Below, piece by piece: positions 62,487 to 64,000 of a stretch of DNA of 64,000 bases. Under the pieces are notes generated by a model. It was given only the letters and a program-made list of their open reading frames with translations, searched no databases and had not been told where the DNA came from. Position numbers and translations under genes: made by a program. The stretch is taken from the NCBI GenBank assembly GCA_041598995.1, contig JBFHXJ010000006.1:2033-66032 (forward strand). The letters are read 5' to 3'. Position 1 is the stretch's first letter. The number at the start of each line of letters is the position of its first letter. The DNA is from Woeseiaceae bacterium (GTDB lineage: Bacteria; Pseudomonadota; Gammaproteobacteria; Steroidobacterales; Woeseiaceae).

Positions 62487-62987
62487 ATGAGAACCAAGCT
62501 ATCGCTCGCAGGGCTCGTTTTCATGTCCTGGAGCCTACCGGCGTTGCCGCAGGAGCCCGTGGTCGGTGTCGAGGATCCGGAATCGCTATTCGTAGACGAG
62601 GATCCCGTGCTGCACCGCAACAAGCAGGCAACGCTCCACATCATGCGGGAACTCCTGCAATGCAATCAGTGGCATCGCGCTGGCGAGTGGCTCACGGATC
62701 GCTATATCCAGCACAACCCGAACGCGGAGTCCGGACTTGCCGGTGTCGTCTATTTTTTCACTGAGGTCCTCAAACGTGACCCGAACGAGAACTGTGGCGA
62801 GCTGACCTTTGACATCGTCGCGGTCATCGCTGAGGACGATTACGTCACGGTGCTGTGGCCGCGCGAGTATCCGCATCCGAACAAGCCCGGGGAAACCTAC
62901 ACGACCACCTGGTTCGACACCTGGCGATTCGTCGAGGGCAAGGCCGACGAGCACTGGGATCCGGCACAGATCATCGTTCGCCCGTAA
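62487..62987 (+). CDS. SnoaL-like / NTF2-family protein, secreted
   Basis: Signal peptide, 'DRYIQHNPNAESG' and 'DEHWD', typical of the COG4922-type SnoaL-like family. Confidence 0.7.
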   Translation: MRTKLSLAGLVFMSWSLPALPQEPVVGVEDPESLFVDEDPVLHRNKQATLHIMRELLQCNQWHRAGEWLTDRYIQHNPNAESGLAGVVYFFTEVLKRDPNENCGELTFDIVAVIAEDDYVTVLWPREYPHPNKPGETYTTTWFDTWRFVEGKADEHWDPAQIIVRP

Positions 62988-63114
62988 GGTCACCAAAGCG
63001 GCCATGGGTCGATCGGGCCCCTGCGTCTGCGCTCCAGCCTTATGCGTATAATGTATATTATGTTAAATCACGTACAGACAGCCGAATGACGTCCTTTTCA
63101 GGGTCCCCCTCTCC

Positions 63115-63654
63115 TCAGGCGAGCCAGCCGAAGACGCCGCCGGTCAGCAATCCGTAAATCAGTGCATCGAAGAGATGTTTCACGGTGCTCGACCAGGGCC
63201 GCCCGAACCAAATGCTGTCGGGAATAACGCCGACGCCGTAGGCTATCCAGGCAGTGCACCCGGCGATGCGGAAAGTCTCCAGGTAGGACGCGTCGGGACC
63301 GGTCGTGCGGCTCACGAAATACGCGGCCAGAAGACCGACGAACAGGTTGAAGACGAAGGACAGGCCCATGCTGCGGCCCATGTTCGGCATGCCGTTCGGC
63401 AGGATGGTGATAAAGGCGAGCGGCCCATCGGTGAATTTCTGCTGCACCTCGGGATTTTTGAGGTCTTTTTGCTCCATGACGTGCGGCACGTTGTAGAAGC
63501 CCGGGGCGAGGCCTTTCAGGGCAGCACGGACGCCCTCCTCGTTACTGGTCTTCGCGTAGTCGCTCTTGTGCCACGGAAGGACGGTCCAGATCAGTGCGCT
63601 GGCGATCCAGACCATCACGGCGGACACGAGTATCGGTAGCCAGAGTGCGGTCAT
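63115..63654 (-). CDS. integral membrane protein, unknown function
   Basis: 179 aa with four hydrophobic segments ('LWLPILVSAVMVWIASALIWTV', 'LSFVFNLFVGLLAAYFV'). No recognised motif. Confidence 0.6.
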   Translation of the reverse strand: MTALWLPILVSAVMVWIASALIWTVLPWHKSDYAKTSNEEGVRAALKGLAPGFYNVPHVMEQKDLKNPEVQQKFTDGPLAFITILPNGMPNMGRSMGLSFVFNLFVGLLAAYFVSRTTGPDASYLETFRIAGCTAWIAYGVGVIPDSIWFGRPWSSTVKHLFDALIYGLLTGGVFGWLA

Positions 63655-63740
63655 GACGGCCCCCTTTTCGTTGACTTTATTGGACAGGGTCGGGCCGACA
63701 TTCTACCGCGCCGGCCCCCGGCGACGGTATGCTTTGCGCC

Positions 63741-64000
63741 ATGTTGCTACGCCTCCTGCCACTCATCACCGGTTTTGTGCCGATCGTCGCGGCGCACGGA
63801 AGCCTGATTATCGCCATCTATGCGGGCGTCCTACCTGCCTGCAATCCCTACCTGGAAGGTTGCACCTCGATCAGCGCCACGGGGCGCTACGAACCGGCGA
63901 GTTTCCTGTTCAAGGGCATGATGATGCCGGAGTCGATCCTTATGGCGGCGTACTGGATCACGTGCGTGGCTTGGCTGCGCGCCCTCGAAAGGCGTGCCGG
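63741..64000 (+). CDS. membrane protein (partial; continues beyond the window)
   Basis: The open frame from the ATG at 63741 reads MLLRLLPLITGFVPIVAAHGSLIIAIYAGVLPACNPYLEGCTSISATG... It has no stop before the window end and is not in the ORF track. Confidence 0.45.
   Translation, partial: MLLRLLPLITGFVPIVAAHGSLIIAIYAGVLPACNPYLEGCTSISATGRYEPASFLFKGMMMPESILMAAYWITCVAWLRALERRA

Noticed and set aside
1-64000. Search for CRISPR arrays, IS elements, integrases, prophage genes, rRNA and long tandem repeats
   Set aside because: Reading both strands revealed no regularly spaced direct repeats, no transposase or integrase motifs, and no rRNA-like sequence. The tRNA-adjacent islets lack recognisable mobility genes or att-like duplications of the tRNA 3' ends.

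Overview
This is a chromosomal, high-GC (roughly 60% by eye), gammaproteobacterial-type window that is about 90% coding. I recognised no rRNA, CRISPR array, transposase or integrase. The backbone is housekeeping with E. coli-like micro-synteny. It contains acnA (partial; it runs off the left edge and is missing from the ORF track), the mnmA/purB neighbourhood, and fumC-nudix-mazG. It also has a PhoPQ-like two-component pair, an NfeD/stomatin pair, and a lysine-catabolism pair (lysine/saccharopine dehydrogenase plus ALDH7). Further along are class II DAHP synthase, aceB-icd, a UDG, uvrC-pgsA followed by tRNA-Gly / tRNA-Cys / tRNA-Leu, and tdk. A complete ccmABCDEFGHI operon follows (ccmD is below the ORF-track size cutoff). 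The rest of the backbone is a malic enzyme-thioesterase-NMO-crcB string, a PLP decarboxylase, a YcaQ-type glycosylase and an M64 peptidase. Four parts look accessory. (i) A BNR/sialidase-like lipoprotein gene is wedged inside the normally contiguous Gly-Cys-Leu tRNA cluster. A lower-GC islet follows tRNA-Leu, carrying a secreted protein, a Zn-ribbon-like microprotein, a beta-barrel OMP and an S1/P1 nuclease. (ii) There is an orphan ExeA-like AAA+ ATPase fused to an FHA domain. (iii) A divergent lipid-type cluster pairs a DUF374 acyltransferase and a DUF3108-like protein against cytochrome P450, a FAAL-ACP didomain, a FabH paralogue and a small membrane protein. This cluster is my best candidate for an undescribed system. 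(iv) An envelope module (DUF3750-PrsW, lipase-like lipoprotein, Sel1 protein) sits next to an orphan pilin. That pilin is convergent with a His-rich microlipoprotein that is ATGA-coupled to a 62-codon ORF. All family names come from motif recognition by eye; no database search or computation was possible.
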